DNA from: an uncultured Bacteroidales bacterium
GTDB lineage: Bacteria; Bacteroidota; Bacteroidia; Bacteroidales; B18-G4
DNA: 64,000 bases
Reading direction: 5' to 3'
NCBI GenBank assembly: GCA_964404735.1
Contig: CAYOLA010000031.1
Location: forward strand, 1,958-65,957
This document shows, in pieces, positions 9,053-19,322 of the stretch. Position 1 is the stretch's first letter. Each line of letters starts with the position of its first letter. Both the position numbers and the translations under genes were made by a program. The notes under the pieces were generated by a model. The model searched no databases and was not told the origin of the DNA. It worked only from the letters and a program-made list of their open reading frames with translations.

Positions 9053-9082
9053 AAAAAGTGGTAAAAAGTGGTAAAAAGTGGT
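9053..9082 (+). promoter_or_regulatory. Three perfect tandem 10-mers AAAAAGTGGT: candidate MraZ operator
   Basis: aaaaagtggt is repeated exactly three times (9053-9062, 9063-9072, 9073-9082), ending 36 nt upstream of the mraZ start. MraZ proteins are known to bind direct repeats with about 10-nt periodicity upstream of their own operon. Confidence 0.6.
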
Positions 9083-9118
9083 AAATCATTTCATATTTTT
9101 ACCCAAAATTGAATTCAG

Positions 9119-9586
9119 TTGTCGAATATTATCGGAACATACGAGTGCAAAGTTGATGTAAAAGGGAGGCTGATGTTCCCGGCTGCATTTAAAAACCAGC
9201 TGGAAGAGAGCATTGCCGAGGGTTTTGTCATCAAGCGAAGCATATTCAGGAACTGCCTGGAGTTATACCCCATGGCCGAATGGAACCTGGAGAGCCGCCG
9301 CATCAACAGCCTCAACCGTTTTGTCAAAAAGAACGTCGACTTCATCCGGAAATTCATGGCTGGTGTAAAAACTGTTGAACTTGATTCTGCCGGGCGTTTG
9401 CTGATTCCAAAAGATTTGATCAACTACGCCAAAATCAGCAAGGAGATCGTACTTGCATCAGTTGTGAACAAGATCGAGATCTGGGACAAATCGGAATATG
9501 AGGAAGCTGTTGACTATGACCCCGATGAATTCGCCGACCTGGCCGAAGAAGTAATGGGTGATAAGGAAACAGAACCGATTGACTGA
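9119..9586 (+). CDS. mraZ: Transcriptional regulator MraZ
   Basis: 155 aa with two SpoVT/AbrB-like halves (VDVKGRLMFPAAF and LDSAGRLLIPKDL). An in-frame TGA at 9110-9112 leaves TTG 9119 as the only start that preserves the conserved N-terminus. First gene of the dcw cluster. Confidence 0.9.
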   Translation: MSNIIGTYECKVDVKGRLMFPAAFKNQLEESIAEGFVIKRSIFRNCLELYPMAEWNLESRRINSLNRFVKKNVDFIRKFMAGVKTVELDSAGRLLIPKDLINYAKISKEIVLASVVNKIEIWDKSEYEEAVDYDPDEFADLAEEVMGDKETEPID

Positions 9587-10485
9587 TGTACCACATACCT
9601 GTCCTGTTAAAAGAAAGCATTGAAGGGCTCCGGATCCGTCCCGGTGGCGTTTACGTTGACGCCACTTTTGGCGGTGGCGGACATTCTGCTGCCATCCTGC
9701 GTGAACTGGAAGGCGGCAGGCTGTTTGCTTTCGACCGCGACCCCGACGCACTGGCCAACAGCATGGACGATCCCCGGTTTTTGCTGATAAACGCCGATTA
9801 CAGGTATATCAAAAACTACCTTAAGTTGCATAACGCCCTTCCCTGCGACGGGATACTGGCCGACCTGGGTATCTCATCGTATCAGATCGACACACCGGAG
9901 CGGGGCTTTTCAACCAGGCAGGATGGAATGCTGGATATGCGCATGGACAAAAGGATTGAGAAAAATGCATCGGATATCGTAAATGCCGCTACCGAAAGTG
10001 AACTCGAAAACATCTTTCGCACATACGGGGAGATCGCCAACAGCAGGCAACTTGCCAGGGCCATTTGCCACTGGCGTGAGCAGGAAAGGATCGGCACCAC
10101 CGCAGCACTGGCCAGGGTAGCAGTAAGCTGTGCAGCACGCGGGCAGGAAAACAAATACCTCGCCAGGGTATTCCAGGCACTCAGGATCGTGGTAAACGAA
10201 GAACTGGAATCACTCGGAAAACTTCTGCAAAAAAGCTGCGAGGTGTTGAAACCGGGCGGAAGGCTGGTCGTGATCGCTTATCACTCCCTGGAGGACAGAA
10301 TGGTGAAAAACTTTATAAAATCAGGAAACCTGGAAGGAAGGCTCGAGAAAGATTTCTATGGAAACCTGCAGGCGCCTTTTATCCCCGTAAATAAAAAAGT
10401 GTTATCGGCCCCGCCGGAAGAAACCCGGAAAAACCCCCGTGCACGCAGTGCCAAACTGAGGATAGGAGAAAGAACAGAAATATGA
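9586..10485 (+). CDS. rsmH: 16S rRNA (cytosine1402-N4)-methyltransferase
   Basis: MYHIPVLL...DATFGGGGHS...SLEDRMVKNF...NPRARSAKLR. The start overlaps the mraZ stop (TGATG). Confidence 0.93.
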   Translation: MYHIPVLLKESIEGLRIRPGGVYVDATFGGGGHSAAILRELEGGRLFAFDRDPDALANSMDDPRFLLINADYRYIKNYLKLHNALPCDGILADLGISSYQIDTPERGFSTRQDGMLDMRMDKRIEKNASDIVNAATESELENIFRTYGEIANSRQLARAICHWREQERIGTTAALARVAVSCAARGQENKYLARVFQALRIVVNEELESLGKLLQKSCEVLKPGGRLVVIAYHSLEDRMVKNFIKSGNLEGRLEKDFYGNLQAPFIPVNKKVLSAPPEETRKNPRARSAKLRIGERTEI

Positions 10486-10865
10486 GCAAGCCGGCAAACA
10501 CATATAAGAAAGCCCTTAAAAAGCGAAAGGAACGAAATGGAAGCGCAAAAGTCGGCGGTACCTTTAAAAACGTGCTGGGTGGGACATTTCTTTCGAATGA
10601 ACGCAGCATTCGCCTCCTGCCCTTCTTCCTTTTCCTCACCCTTCTTGTGATGATTTACATTGGCAATACCTATTACGCCGAAAAGACCGAAAGGGAGATA
10701 CAGGCACTCCGCTCTTCACTGAAGGAGTTACGTTATGAATTCATTACAACGCGTTCGGAGATGATGCACCGCAGCCAGCAGTCGGAGATCGCCCGCCGGC
10801 TGCAGAACACCGGGATCAAGGAATCGAAGGTTCCACCGGTAAAAGTCATTAAAAGCAATCAATAG
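10482..10865 (+). CDS. ftsL: FtsL-like cell division protein
   Basis: 127 aa with a basic N-terminus, a single TM helix (LLPFFLFLTLLVMIYIG) and a coiled-coil segment. It sits between rsmH and ftsI and overlaps rsmH by 4 nt. Confidence 0.6.
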   Translation: MSKPANTYKKALKKRKERNGSAKVGGTFKNVLGGTFLSNERSIRLLPFFLFLTLLVMIYIGNTYYAEKTEREIQALRSSLKELRYEFITTRSEMMHRSQQSEIARRLQNTGIKESKVPPVKVIKSNQ

Positions 10866-10871
10866 CCTCGC

Positions 10872-12992
10872 ATGGACCAGGATATAAAAAAAGACATATT
10901 GTGGCGGGTATATGTGATCTACCTGGGCATACTGCTGATGGCAATGGCCATCATCGGAAAGGCGGCCTATATTCAGTTCTATGAGGGGCAGGAACTGATC
11001 GAAAAGGCTGCAAGCCAGGAACTCCGTTACTTCAGCATTGAGGCCAACCGGGGCAACATCTATGATGCATCGGGAAATTTGCTGGCCACTTCGGTACCCA
11101 TTTTCGAGATCAGGATGGATGTGGCCTCCGACCTCATCCCCGAAAAGTTCTTTAAAGATAATGTCGACTCCCTGGCCATTTGCCTGAGCCGGCTCTTTGG
11201 CGACCGGAGCCGGTATCAGTACAAGCAGGGGCTGGAACAGGCCCGCCGTGAAGGAAACAGGTATTACCTGCTCAAGCGCAGGGTGACCTATGATGAGTTG
11301 AAAGAATTGCGAAAGTTCCCGATCCTGCGCAGGGGCAAGTATCGCGGCGGCCTTATCGTAATCCAGAAAACCAGGCGGAAAATGCCGTTCAACGAGCTGG
11401 CCAAACGAACCATCGGATATGAAAACAAGGAACAGGCATTGTTTGTCGGGCTCGAAGGAGCCTATAACGATGTTCTGGAAGGCATCAACGGGAAACAGCT
11501 GAAGCGCAGGGTGAGCAATGGCGACTGGATACCGGTTTACGGTAAGGATGAGCTGGAGCCGAGCGACGGGCAGGATATCATTACCACCATCGACATCAAC
11601 ATACAAGACGTAGCCGAAAACGCTTTAAGCCGGCATTTGGCCGAGCACCAGGCTTTCCAGGGCTGTGCCATTCTCATGGAAGTCAGTACCGGGCACATCA
11701 AGGCCATTGCCAATTTACGCCTCGACAAGGAAAGCGGCGAATACCGGGAAACCTACAACTATGCCATTGCAGAGGGCTTCGAGCCCGGCTCAACCTTCAA
11801 GCTTCCCACCATACTGGCCCTGCTTGAAGACGGGAAAGTAAACCTGACCGATACCATTGATATTGGCGACGGCTGGATCATGTACCACGGACACACCATG
11901 CGCGACGTAAAGAAGATCCGCGACGGCAGGATCACAGTCAGGGAGGCTTTTGAAAAGTCGTCGAACGTAGGCATCTCCATGATTACACGGGAAGCCTACA
12001 AAGATGATCAGGCTGCATTCGTCAATCGCCTCTACAGCATGTCGCTCAACAAGCCCCTGGGACTGGAAATCACCGGTGAAGCGAAGCCGCTGATCCGGCA
12101 TCCCGACAGCAGCAGTATGTGGTACGGCACCAGCCTGCCGTCAATGTCGATAGGCTATGCGCTGACGGTAACGCCCATACAAACTTTGGCCTATTACAAT
12201 GCCATCGCCAATGATGGGGTGATGGTAAAACCCATGTTCGTAAAGGAGATCAGGCAGGCTGGCAGGATCATCCGCAGCTTCGAAACCGAGGTGATCAACG
12301 GCAGCATCTGTTCAAAGGCCACCATCGACACGGCCCGGTCCCTGCTCGAAGGAGTGGTGGAACGGGGCACCGCCACCAACCTGCTGAACGAACACTATAA
12401 AGTAGCCGGCAAGACCGGCACCGCCCAGATCGCCATCGAGAACCAGGGTTATAACAAAAAAAGCTATAATGCTTCTTTCGTCGGGTATTTCCCGGCCGAC
12501 AACCCGCGCTATTCATGCATCGTAGTGGTAAACGATCCGGTTCAGGGCAAATATTACGGTGGAACAGTAGCCGCACCGGTTTTCAAAGAGATCGCCGACA
12601 AGGTTTATGCCACGCAGCTCGACATTTACCGGGAAAGGGAAAATTTACAGCCGGAGCCCGGCATTCCGCCCGCCATGTATGGCAGGTATGACGACCTCGC
12701 ATGGTTATGCAGCGAACTGAACATTCCGGTTTCGGTTGAAAGCCAGGCGTCGGAATGGGTTGTCAACTTCCGCGAGGCGGAAGGTTTGCGCTTCGCCCCG
12801 CGCCTCATCCGCCAGGATGTTGTCCCCAACCTGCTCGGTATGAATGCGCGCGATGCCATTTACATCATGGAAAAGCTTGGAATGGAGGCAAAGATCAGCG
12901 GATACGGAAAAGTCAGCAGCCAATCGGTCAAACCCGGCAGCCGCGTCAGCCCGGGAAGTGAGATCATCTTAAAACTATCGGAAAAAAGTTAA
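10872..12992 (+). CDS. ftsI: Penicillin-binding protein 3 (transpeptidase FtsI) with C-terminal PASTA-like domain
   Basis: N-terminal TM anchor and class-B PBP active-site motifs STFK, SSN and KTGT. The C-terminal ~65 aa (VPNLLGMNARDAIYIMEKLGMEAKISGYGKV) looks like a PASTA domain. Confidence 0.9.
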   Translation: MDQDIKKDILWRVYVIYLGILLMAMAIIGKAAYIQFYEGQELIEKAASQELRYFSIEANRGNIYDASGNLLATSVPIFEIRMDVASDLIPEKFFKDNVDSLAICLSRLFGDRSRYQYKQGLEQARREGNRYYLLKRRVTYDELKELRKFPILRRGKYRGGLIVIQKTRRKMPFNELAKRTIGYENKEQALFVGLEGAYNDVLEGINGKQLKRRVSNGDWIPVYGKDELEPSDGQDIITTIDINIQDVAENALSRHLAEHQAFQGCAILMEVSTGHIKAIANLRLDKESGEYRETYNYAIAEGFEPGSTFKLPTILALLEDGKVNLTDTIDIGDGWIMYHGHTMRDVKKIRDGRITVREAFEKSSNVGISMITREAYKDDQAAFVNRLYSMSLNKPLGLEITGEAKPLIRHPDSSSMWYGTSLPSMSIGYALTVTPIQTLAYYNAIANDGVMVKPMFVKEIRQAGRIIRSFETEVINGSICSKATIDTARSLLEGVVERGTATNLLNEHYKVAGKTGTAQIAIENQGYNKKSYNASFVGYFPADNPRYSCIVVVNDPVQGKYYGGTVAAPVFKEIADKVYATQLDIYRERENLQPEPGIPPAMYGRYDDLAWLCSELNIPVSVESQASEWVVNFREAEGLRFAPRLIRQDVVPNLLGMNARDAIYIMEKLGMEAKISGYGKVSSQSVKPGSRVSPGSEIILKLSEKS

Positions 12993-12998
12993 GCAGGC

Positions 12999-14462
12999 AT
13001 GGGAATGAAACTGCAGGACATATTATATAAGGTAGCCGTACGGGAAATACACGGATCGACCGGCATGGAGGTGAATGCCCTTTGCATCGACTCCCGGCAG
13101 GCCATTCCGCAAAGCCTTTTCGTGGCGCGTCGCGGCACGATCACCGACGCCCACCGCTTCATCCCATCAGCAGTTGAAAAAGGTGCCGTGGCGGTTGTTT
13201 GTGAAAAAATCCCTTCTGAAAAAAATAAAGCGGTAACATATATTATTGTTGACGACTGCGACCAGGCGCTGGGCGTTATGGCATCAAACTTTTACGGGAA
13301 TCCGTCAGCAGCGTTCAGGCTATGCGGCGTGACGGGCACCAATGGCAAGACAACCATCGCCACGCTGCTGCACCAGCTTTTTACCGGGCTCGGCTATGCG
13401 ACCGGTCTGATATCAACGGTAAGGAACCAGATTGGCGGCATGGAAATTACTGCAACCCACACCACACCCGATGCCATCAGCCTCAACGCCATGCTCAGGG
13501 ACATGGCCACAGCCGGCTGCACTTTTTGCTTCATGGAGGTGAGCTCACATGCCATCCATCAGAAACGCATTGCTGGCCTGGGATTTGCGGGCGGCATCTT
13601 CACCAACCTCACCCATGATCATCTCGACTACCATGGCGACTTTGCCGGATACCTTCATGCCAAAAAAGCCTTTTTCGACATGCTGCCGCCGCAGGCCTTC
13701 GCCCTGGCCAATGCCGACGACCGCAACGCGAAAGTAATGCTTCAGAACACCATGGCAAGAAAATTCACTTACGGGTTGAAATCGACTGCCGATTTCAACG
13801 GCAGGCTCATGGAAAACCTGGTCGACGGGCTGATGTTGAACATTGGCGGCCGTGAGGTCTGGAGCAGGCTCAGCGGCGGATTCAATGCTTCGAACCTGAT
13901 GGCAGTTTATGCCGCTGCCATATTGCTGGAGCAGGAGCCCGAAAAAGTGCTGACCCTTCTGAGCGGCCTTGAACACGCCGAAGGAAGATTCGAGACCCTG
14001 CGGTCGGAAAATGGCATCACAGCCATCGTCGACTATGCACATACGCCGGATGCGCTGCTGAACGTTCTGAAGGCCATACAGGTCATCAGGACGGGCAAGG
14101 AACAAGTGATCACCGTAGTGGGCGCCGGCGGCGACAGGGACAAGACCAAGCGGCCGCTGATGGGCGGCATCGCGGCGGAACTCAGCGACAGACTTATCCT
14201 TACTTCCGATAATCCAAGGTCAGAAGAACCTGAAGCAATCATCGAAGAGATAAAGGCCGGCATCCCTTCCACCGACATGAAAAAAACCCTGACGGTAACA
14301 AACCGCAAGGAAGCCATCGCGGCGGCCTGTGCCCTGGCACAACCGGGCGACATCATCCTGGTGGCAGGCAAGGGACATGAGAAATACCAGGAGATCAAAG
14401 GGACAAGGCATCCTTTTGATGACAAAAAAATATTGATTGAATTGTTGAATATAACAGCATAA
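12999..14462 (+). CDS. murE: UDP-N-acetylmuramoyl-L-alanyl-D-glutamate--2,6-diaminopimelate ligase
   Basis: Mur ligase P-loop [18 protein letters not shown] and the DNPRSE motif associated with meso-DAP-adding MurE. Confidence 0.92.
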   Translation: MGMKLQDILYKVAVREIHGSTGMEVNALCIDSRQAIPQSLFVARRGTITDAHRFIPSAVEKGAVAVVCEKIPSEKNKAVTYIIVDDCDQALGVMASNFYGNPSAAFRLCGVTGTNGKTTIATLLHQLFTGLGYATGLISTVRNQIGGMEITATHTTPDAISLNAMLRDMATAGCTFCFMEVSSHAIHQKRIAGLGFAGGIFTNLTHDHLDYHGDFAGYLHAKKAFFDMLPPQAFALANADDRNAKVMLQNTMARKFTYGLKSTADFNGRLMENLVDGLMLNIGGREVWSRLSGGFNASNLMAVYAAAILLEQEPEKVLTLLSGLEHAEGRFETLRSENGITAIVDYAHTPDALLNVLKAIQVIRTGKEQVITVVGAGGDRDKTKRPLMGGIAAELSDRLILTSDNPRSEEPEAIIEEIKAGIPSTDMKKTLTVTNRKEAIAAACALAQPGDIILVAGKGHEKYQEIKGTRHPFDDKKILIELLNITA

Positions 14463-14466
14463 ACAT

Positions 14467-15705
14467 ATGTTATACTACCTGTTCGATTATCTTGATCAAT
14501 GTTGCGACATTCCCGGTACGGGATTGTTCCAGTACATCTCCTTCAGGGCGGGCGGAGCCGTGATCACTTCGCTGATCATCAGCCTGCTTTTCGGAAAACG
14601 ATGGATCCGCTTTCTGAACAGGAAACAGGTGGGAGAAACCATCCGCGACCTGGGACTTGAGGGACAGATGGAAAAACAAGGAACTCCCACCATGGGAGGG
14701 CTGATCATCCTCACCGCCGTGATCATCCCTACCCTGCTCTTTGCCAAACTTCATAACATCTACATCATCCTGATGCTCTTTACGACCATATGGCTGGGCA
14801 TGATCGGCTTTACCGACGACTTTATCAAGGTATTCAGGAAAAACAAAAAAGGGCTGCCGGGTAAATACAAGGTGGCAGGGCAGATCATCCTTGGCCTCGT
14901 AGTGGGCCTTACCATGTATTTTAACGAGAACATCGTGATCAGGGAAAAGGCTGTAGAGACAGACAGGCTTGAAGAGGTGATCAAAAACGGTGAAACCGCA
15001 TCAATCTTCCGTGAAGAAGCCGTACAATCGCAAAAGACCACCATCCCGTTCTTTAAGAACAACGAGCTGGACTATAAGATCTTTATTTCATGGATGGGTG
15101 AGGGAGCAGCCAACTGGACCTGGCTCATATTCGTGCCCATCGTCATCCTGATCATCACTGCGGTTTCGAACGGTGCCAACCTCACCGACGGCATGGACGG
15201 CCTGGCCACCGGGACTTCGGCCATCATCGGCGCCACCCTGGCAGTGCTGGCATGGGTATCGGGCAACATCGTTTTTGCCGATTACCTCAACATCATGTAC
15301 ATTCCCAACACCGGCGAGCTGACCATATTCATCAGTGCCTTTGTCGGTGCCTGCATTGGCTTTCTCTGGTACAACTCATACCCGGCGCAGGTCTTTATGG
15401 GCGACACGGGCAGCCTGGCCATCGGGGGCATCATTGCCGTTTTCGCCATCCTGATACGCAAAGAATTGCTCATCCCCATTCTCTGTGGCATTTTCCTGGC
15501 GGAAAGCATTTCGGTGATCATGCAGGTAGGGTATTTCAAATATACTAAAAGGAAAACAGGTGCAGGAAAGCGCATCTTCAAAATGTCGCCGCTTCACCAC
15601 CATTTTCAGATACTCGGATATGCCGAGCCAAAGATCGTACAGCGGTTCATGATCGTAGGGATCATGCTGGCCATCTTCACCATCATCACACTAAAACTAA
15701 GATAA
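14467..15705 (+). CDS. mraY: Phospho-N-acetylmuramoyl-pentapeptide transferase
   Basis: Polytopic membrane protein with [30 protein letters not shown] and SPLHHHF motifs. Confidence 0.93.
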   Translation: MLYYLFDYLDQCCDIPGTGLFQYISFRAGGAVITSLIISLLFGKRWIRFLNRKQVGETIRDLGLEGQMEKQGTPTMGGLIILTAVIIPTLLFAKLHNIYIILMLFTTIWLGMIGFTDDFIKVFRKNKKGLPGKYKVAGQIILGLVVGLTMYFNENIVIREKAVETDRLEEVIKNGETASIFREEAVQSQKTTIPFFKNNELDYKIFISWMGEGAANWTWLIFVPIVILIITAVSNGANLTDGMDGLATGTSAIIGATLAVLAWVSGNIVFADYLNIMYIPNTGELTIFISAFVGACIGFLWYNSYPAQVFMGDTGSLAIGGIIAVFAILIRKELLIPILCGIFLAESISVIMQVGYFKYTKRKTGAGKRIFKMSPLHHHFQILGYAEPKIVQRFMIVGIMLAIFTIITLKLR

Positions 15706-15710
15706 ATTGA

Positions 15711-17051
15711 ATGGATACAGGCAACATCGTCATTTTGGGAGCCGGCGAAAGCGGGGTTGGCGCGGCAGTGCTGGCCAGGAAGGCAGGCCATGCGGTGTTC
15801 GTATCCGATAAACAACAAATAAAGAAAAAATACAAGGACGTTCTTTCACATTATGACATTGCTTTTGAAGAAGGGAAGCATACGGCCGGCCGGATCCTGG
15901 AAGCCGGTGAACTGATCAGGAGTCCCGGCATCCCGGAAGGGGTCCCCCTTATTAAGACAGCCATCGAAAAGGGAATCCCGGTGATCTCCGAAATCGAATT
16001 TGCCGCCAGGTACAGCAAGGCCAAAAAGATCTGCATAACGGGTTCGAATGGCAAAACCACCACCACCCTGCTCCTCGGTCATATCCTGAAAAATGCAGGG
16101 CTGGATGCGGTAACAGCAGGAAATGTAGGGAACAGCTTTGCCATGGAAGTTGCGCGGGGCGATCACGACTATTTCGTGCTTGAGATAAGCAGTTTTCAGC
16201 TTGATGGCATGTTCAGCTTCAGGGCCGACATCGCCATACTGCTGAACATCACGCCGGACCACCTCGACCGCTACGGAAGTTTCGAAGATTATGCAGCTTC
16301 CAAATTCAGGATCCTAAGGAACATGGGGGTTAACGACAGCTTTATTTACTGCATGGACGACCCGGTGATCATGGAAAGCCTCGGGCGGCAGGAGATCGTC
16401 CCAAGGCAGTTCCCCTTCAGCATATCAAGAGCAATAAAAGGTGAGGGGGCATACACAGAAAACAACAACATCATTATAAACATCAATCAAAACAAGCAGC
16501 ACATGACATTAGAAAGTTTGGCATTACAGGGGAAGCACAATATTTATAATTCCATGGCCGCCGGCATTGGCGCAAGGCTGCTCGACATCAGGAAGGAACA
16601 GATACAGTCGAGCCTGTCCGACTTCCAGAATATCGAACACCGGCTGGAACATGTAGCCACCATCCACGGAGTGGATTACGTCAACGACTCAAAAGCCACC
16701 AATGTCAATTCAACCTGGTATGCCCTCGAAAGTATGCAAAAACAGGTGGTATGGATCGCCGGCGGCATTGATAAGGGCAATGACTACTCCATGCTGCAGG
16801 AACTGGTCAAAAGCAGGGTAAAGGTGATCATATGCCTGGGCGTAGACAACCGGAACATCAGGGAAGCCTTTTCGCCCTTCGTCAACCATATCATCGAAAC
16901 CCGATCGATGGAGGTAGCGGTGCAAACGGCCCATTACCTGAGCCGGAAAGGCGAAACCGTGCTGCTTTCACCTGCCTGCGCCAGCTTCGATCTTTTCGAA
17001 AATTTTGAAGACCGGGGCGAACAGTTCAAGCAAGCGGTAAACAATTTGTAA
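15711..17051 (+). CDS. murD: UDP-N-acetylmuramoylalanine--D-glutamate ligase
   Basis: N-terminal Rossmann GAGESGVGAA, Mur ligase P-loop GSNGKTTT and NITPDHLDR. Confidence 0.92.
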   Translation: MDTGNIVILGAGESGVGAAVLARKAGHAVFVSDKQQIKKKYKDVLSHYDIAFEEGKHTAGRILEAGELIRSPGIPEGVPLIKTAIEKGIPVISEIEFAARYSKAKKICITGSNGKTTTTLLLGHILKNAGLDAVTAGNVGNSFAMEVARGDHDYFVLEISSFQLDGMFSFRADIAILLNITPDHLDRYGSFEDYAASKFRILRNMGVNDSFIYCMDDPVIMESLGRQEIVPRQFPFSISRAIKGEGAYTENNNIIININQNKQHMTLESLALQGKHNIYNSMAAGIGARLLDIRKEQIQSSLSDFQNIEHRLEHVATIHGVDYVNDSKATNVNSTWYALESMQKQVVWIAGGIDKGNDYSMLQELVKSRVKVIICLGVDNRNIREAFSPFVNHIIETRSMEVAVQTAHYLSRKGETVLLSPACASFDLFENFEDRGEQFKQAVNNL

Positions 17052-17053
17052 TA

Positions 17054-18217
17054 ATGACAAGAATACTTGAAAATATAAGGGGTGACAAGGTGATATGGGC
17101 AGTGGTCGTGCTGCTGTCGATATTTTCCCTGCTAGCCGTTTACAGCTCCACCGGCACCCTGGCCTATAAGTACCAGTCGGGGAATACCGAATATTACATG
17201 ATGAAACACCTCATCATCCTGCTTTTCGGATTATTACTCATGTACCTCACCCACCTGGTGAAATTTACCTATTTCAGCCGCATATTCCAGATCGCCCTTT
17301 ACATTGCCGTGCCCCTGCTGGTGCTGACCCTGTTTGCCGGACTCGACCTGAACGAAGCCAGGCGGGTGCTTCCCCTGCCCTTTGGTCTGACCTTCCAGAC
17401 ATCGGACCTTGCCAAGCTAACCCTGATCATGTACCTGGCGCGCTTGCTGAGCAAGAAACAGGATCGCATCAAGGATTTCCGCTCGGCCTTCCTGCCGCTG
17501 ATGATCCCTGTGCTGATCGTTTGCGCACTCATCCTGCCGGCCAACTTCTCCACAGCAGCCATCCTGTTCATAACAAGCCTGGTGATCATGTTCGTTGGGC
17601 GTGTCAGCCTGAAATACATATTCGCCCTTATCGGTATCGGCATTGCCGGCTTCGCCCTGCTGATGCTGCTGGCGCACACTTATCCCGACCTTATCCCCAG
17701 GGCCACCACCTGGAAGGCAAGGATTGAATCATTCACCGGCAAAGAGGTTGCCGACAGCGACAAGAACTACCAGGTTGAACAGTCGAAGATCGCCATCGCC
17801 TCCGGCGGCCTGCTTGGAAAGTTCCCGGGCAACAGCACCCAAAGGAACTTTCTGCCGCATCCTTACTCCGACTTTATCTTTGCCATTTTTCTGGAAGAAT
17901 ACGGCCTTATCGGCGGCGGGTTCCTTGTACTTCTTTACCTGATATTGTTTTTCAGGATTGTGCGCATTGTTACGCGAATACCAGGGAATTTCGGGGCATT
18001 CATGGCCGTTGGGGTGGGCTTCAGCCTGGTGTTCCAGGCCATGATCAACATGGCCGTTGCCGTAAACCTCATCCCGGTGACCGGGCAGCCCATGCCATTG
18101 GTGAGCATGGGCGGCACTTCGGTCTGGTTTACCAGCATCGCGTTGGGAATTATTCTCAGCGTGAGCAAAGAAATTGATACGAAACCTGAAACAACAGAAG
18201 AATATGTCGCAGCCTGA
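17054..18217 (+). CDS. ftsW: SEDS-family peptidoglycan glycosyltransferase FtsW
   Basis: Multi-TM protein with SEDS motifs (QTSDLAKL, QSKIAIASGGLLGKFPGNSTQ, PVTGQPMPLVSMGGTS), in the dcw position between murD and murG. Confidence 0.88.
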   Translation: MTRILENIRGDKVIWAVVVLLSIFSLLAVYSSTGTLAYKYQSGNTEYYMMKHLIILLFGLLLMYLTHLVKFTYFSRIFQIALYIAVPLLVLTLFAGLDLNEARRVLPLPFGLTFQTSDLAKLTLIMYLARLLSKKQDRIKDFRSAFLPLMIPVLIVCALILPANFSTAAILFITSLVIMFVGRVSLKYIFALIGIGIAGFALLMLLAHTYPDLIPRATTWKARIESFTGKEVADSDKNYQVEQSKIAIASGGLLGKFPGNSTQRNFLPHPYSDFIFAIFLEEYGLIGGGFLVLLYLILFFRIVRIVTRIPGNFGAFMAVGVGFSLVFQAMINMAVAVNLIPVTGQPMPLVSMGGTSVWFTSIALGIILSVSKEIDTKPETTEEYVAA

Positions 18218-19322
18218 ATACAGGATCATCATAAGCGGGGGAGGTACCGGCGGGCACATCTTCCCTGCCATAGCCATCGCCGATGGTCTGAAAAAAAGAC
18301 TGGGCCATGTTGACATTCTCTTCATTGGTGCCAAAGGCCGCATGGAGATGGAAAAAGTGCCACAGGCAGGTTATCCCGTCAGGGGACTTTGGATCAGCGG
18401 CATACAACGGAAACTGAGCTGGAAAAACCTCTCATTCCCCTTCAAGCTGATCTCAAGCATGATCGGTGCCAGGCAGATCGTAAAGAAATTCCGCCCCCAT
18501 GTGGCCATCGGCACCGGGGGCTATGCCAGCGGGCCCATGCTGCGGGTGGCCTCCCGCATGGGCATCCCTTCGCTCATACAGGAACAGAACTCTTTCCCCG
18601 GCATCACAAACCGTATACTGGCAAAGACCGTGGACAGGATATGCGTGGCCTTCGAAGGGATGGAAAAGTATTTTCCGGAATCACGGATCGTGATAACGGG
18701 CAACCCGGTAAGGGCGCAGATCATTGATATGCAAGGGAGCCGTGACGAAGGGCTTGGGTTTTTCGGGCTTGAACCGGGACTGAAAACGATGCTGGTGATC
18801 GGGGGGAGCCAAGGTGCAAGATCGGTAAACCTGGCGGTGGAAAAACACCTGGCAGAGATCCTTGGCGAAGACCGGCAGTTGATCTGGCAATGTGGCAAAG
18901 CCTTTCTGCCGCAGGCAAGGGAAAAGGCGGGATCGATGGAACCCGGGCTTGCCGGAAGGGTGGTTACAGTTGATTTTATTGCAAGAATGGATTTGGCCTA
19001 TGCCGCCGCCGACATGGTATTGTCGCGTGCCGGAGCCATCGCCATCTCCGAGTTATGCATAGCCGGAAAACCCCTCATCCTGGTGCCGCTGCCCGGTGCT
19101 GCGGAAGATCACCAGACCAGGAACGCAATGGCGTTACAGGAAAAGGGGGCAGCCATCATCATCAACGACCATGAGCTTGACAAAAAGCTGTGCGAACAGG
19201 TGAGCGGGCTTCTCCTTGATGATGAAAAGAGAAGGCAAATGAGCGAAAACATTAAAAAAATGGCTAAACCCGGTGCAACTGAAAGAATTGTTGATGAAGT
19301 GATCAAACTGCTTGAGCGATGA
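18204..19322 (+). CDS. murG: UDP-N-acetylglucosamine--N-acetylmuramyl-(pentapeptide) pyrophosphoryl-undecaprenol GlcNAc transferase
   Basis: SGGGTGGHIFPA near the N-terminus and GGSQGA. ATG 18204 (MSQPEYRIIISGGG) is preferred over 18174; it overlaps the ftsW end by 14 nt. Confidence 0.92.
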   Translation: MSQPEYRIIISGGGTGGHIFPAIAIADGLKKRLGHVDILFIGAKGRMEMEKVPQAGYPVRGLWISGIQRKLSWKNLSFPFKLISSMIGARQIVKKFRPHVAIGTGGYASGPMLRVASRMGIPSLIQEQNSFPGITNRILAKTVDRICVAFEGMEKYFPESRIVITGNPVRAQIIDMQGSRDEGLGFFGLEPGLKTMLVIGGSQGARSVNLAVEKHLAEILGEDRQLIWQCGKAFLPQAREKAGSMEPGLAGRVVTVDFIARMDLAYAAADMVLSRAGAIAISELCIAGKPLILVPLPGAAEDHQTRNAMALQEKGAAIIINDHELDKKLCEQVSGLLLDDEKRRQMSENIKKMAKPGATERIVDEVIKLLER

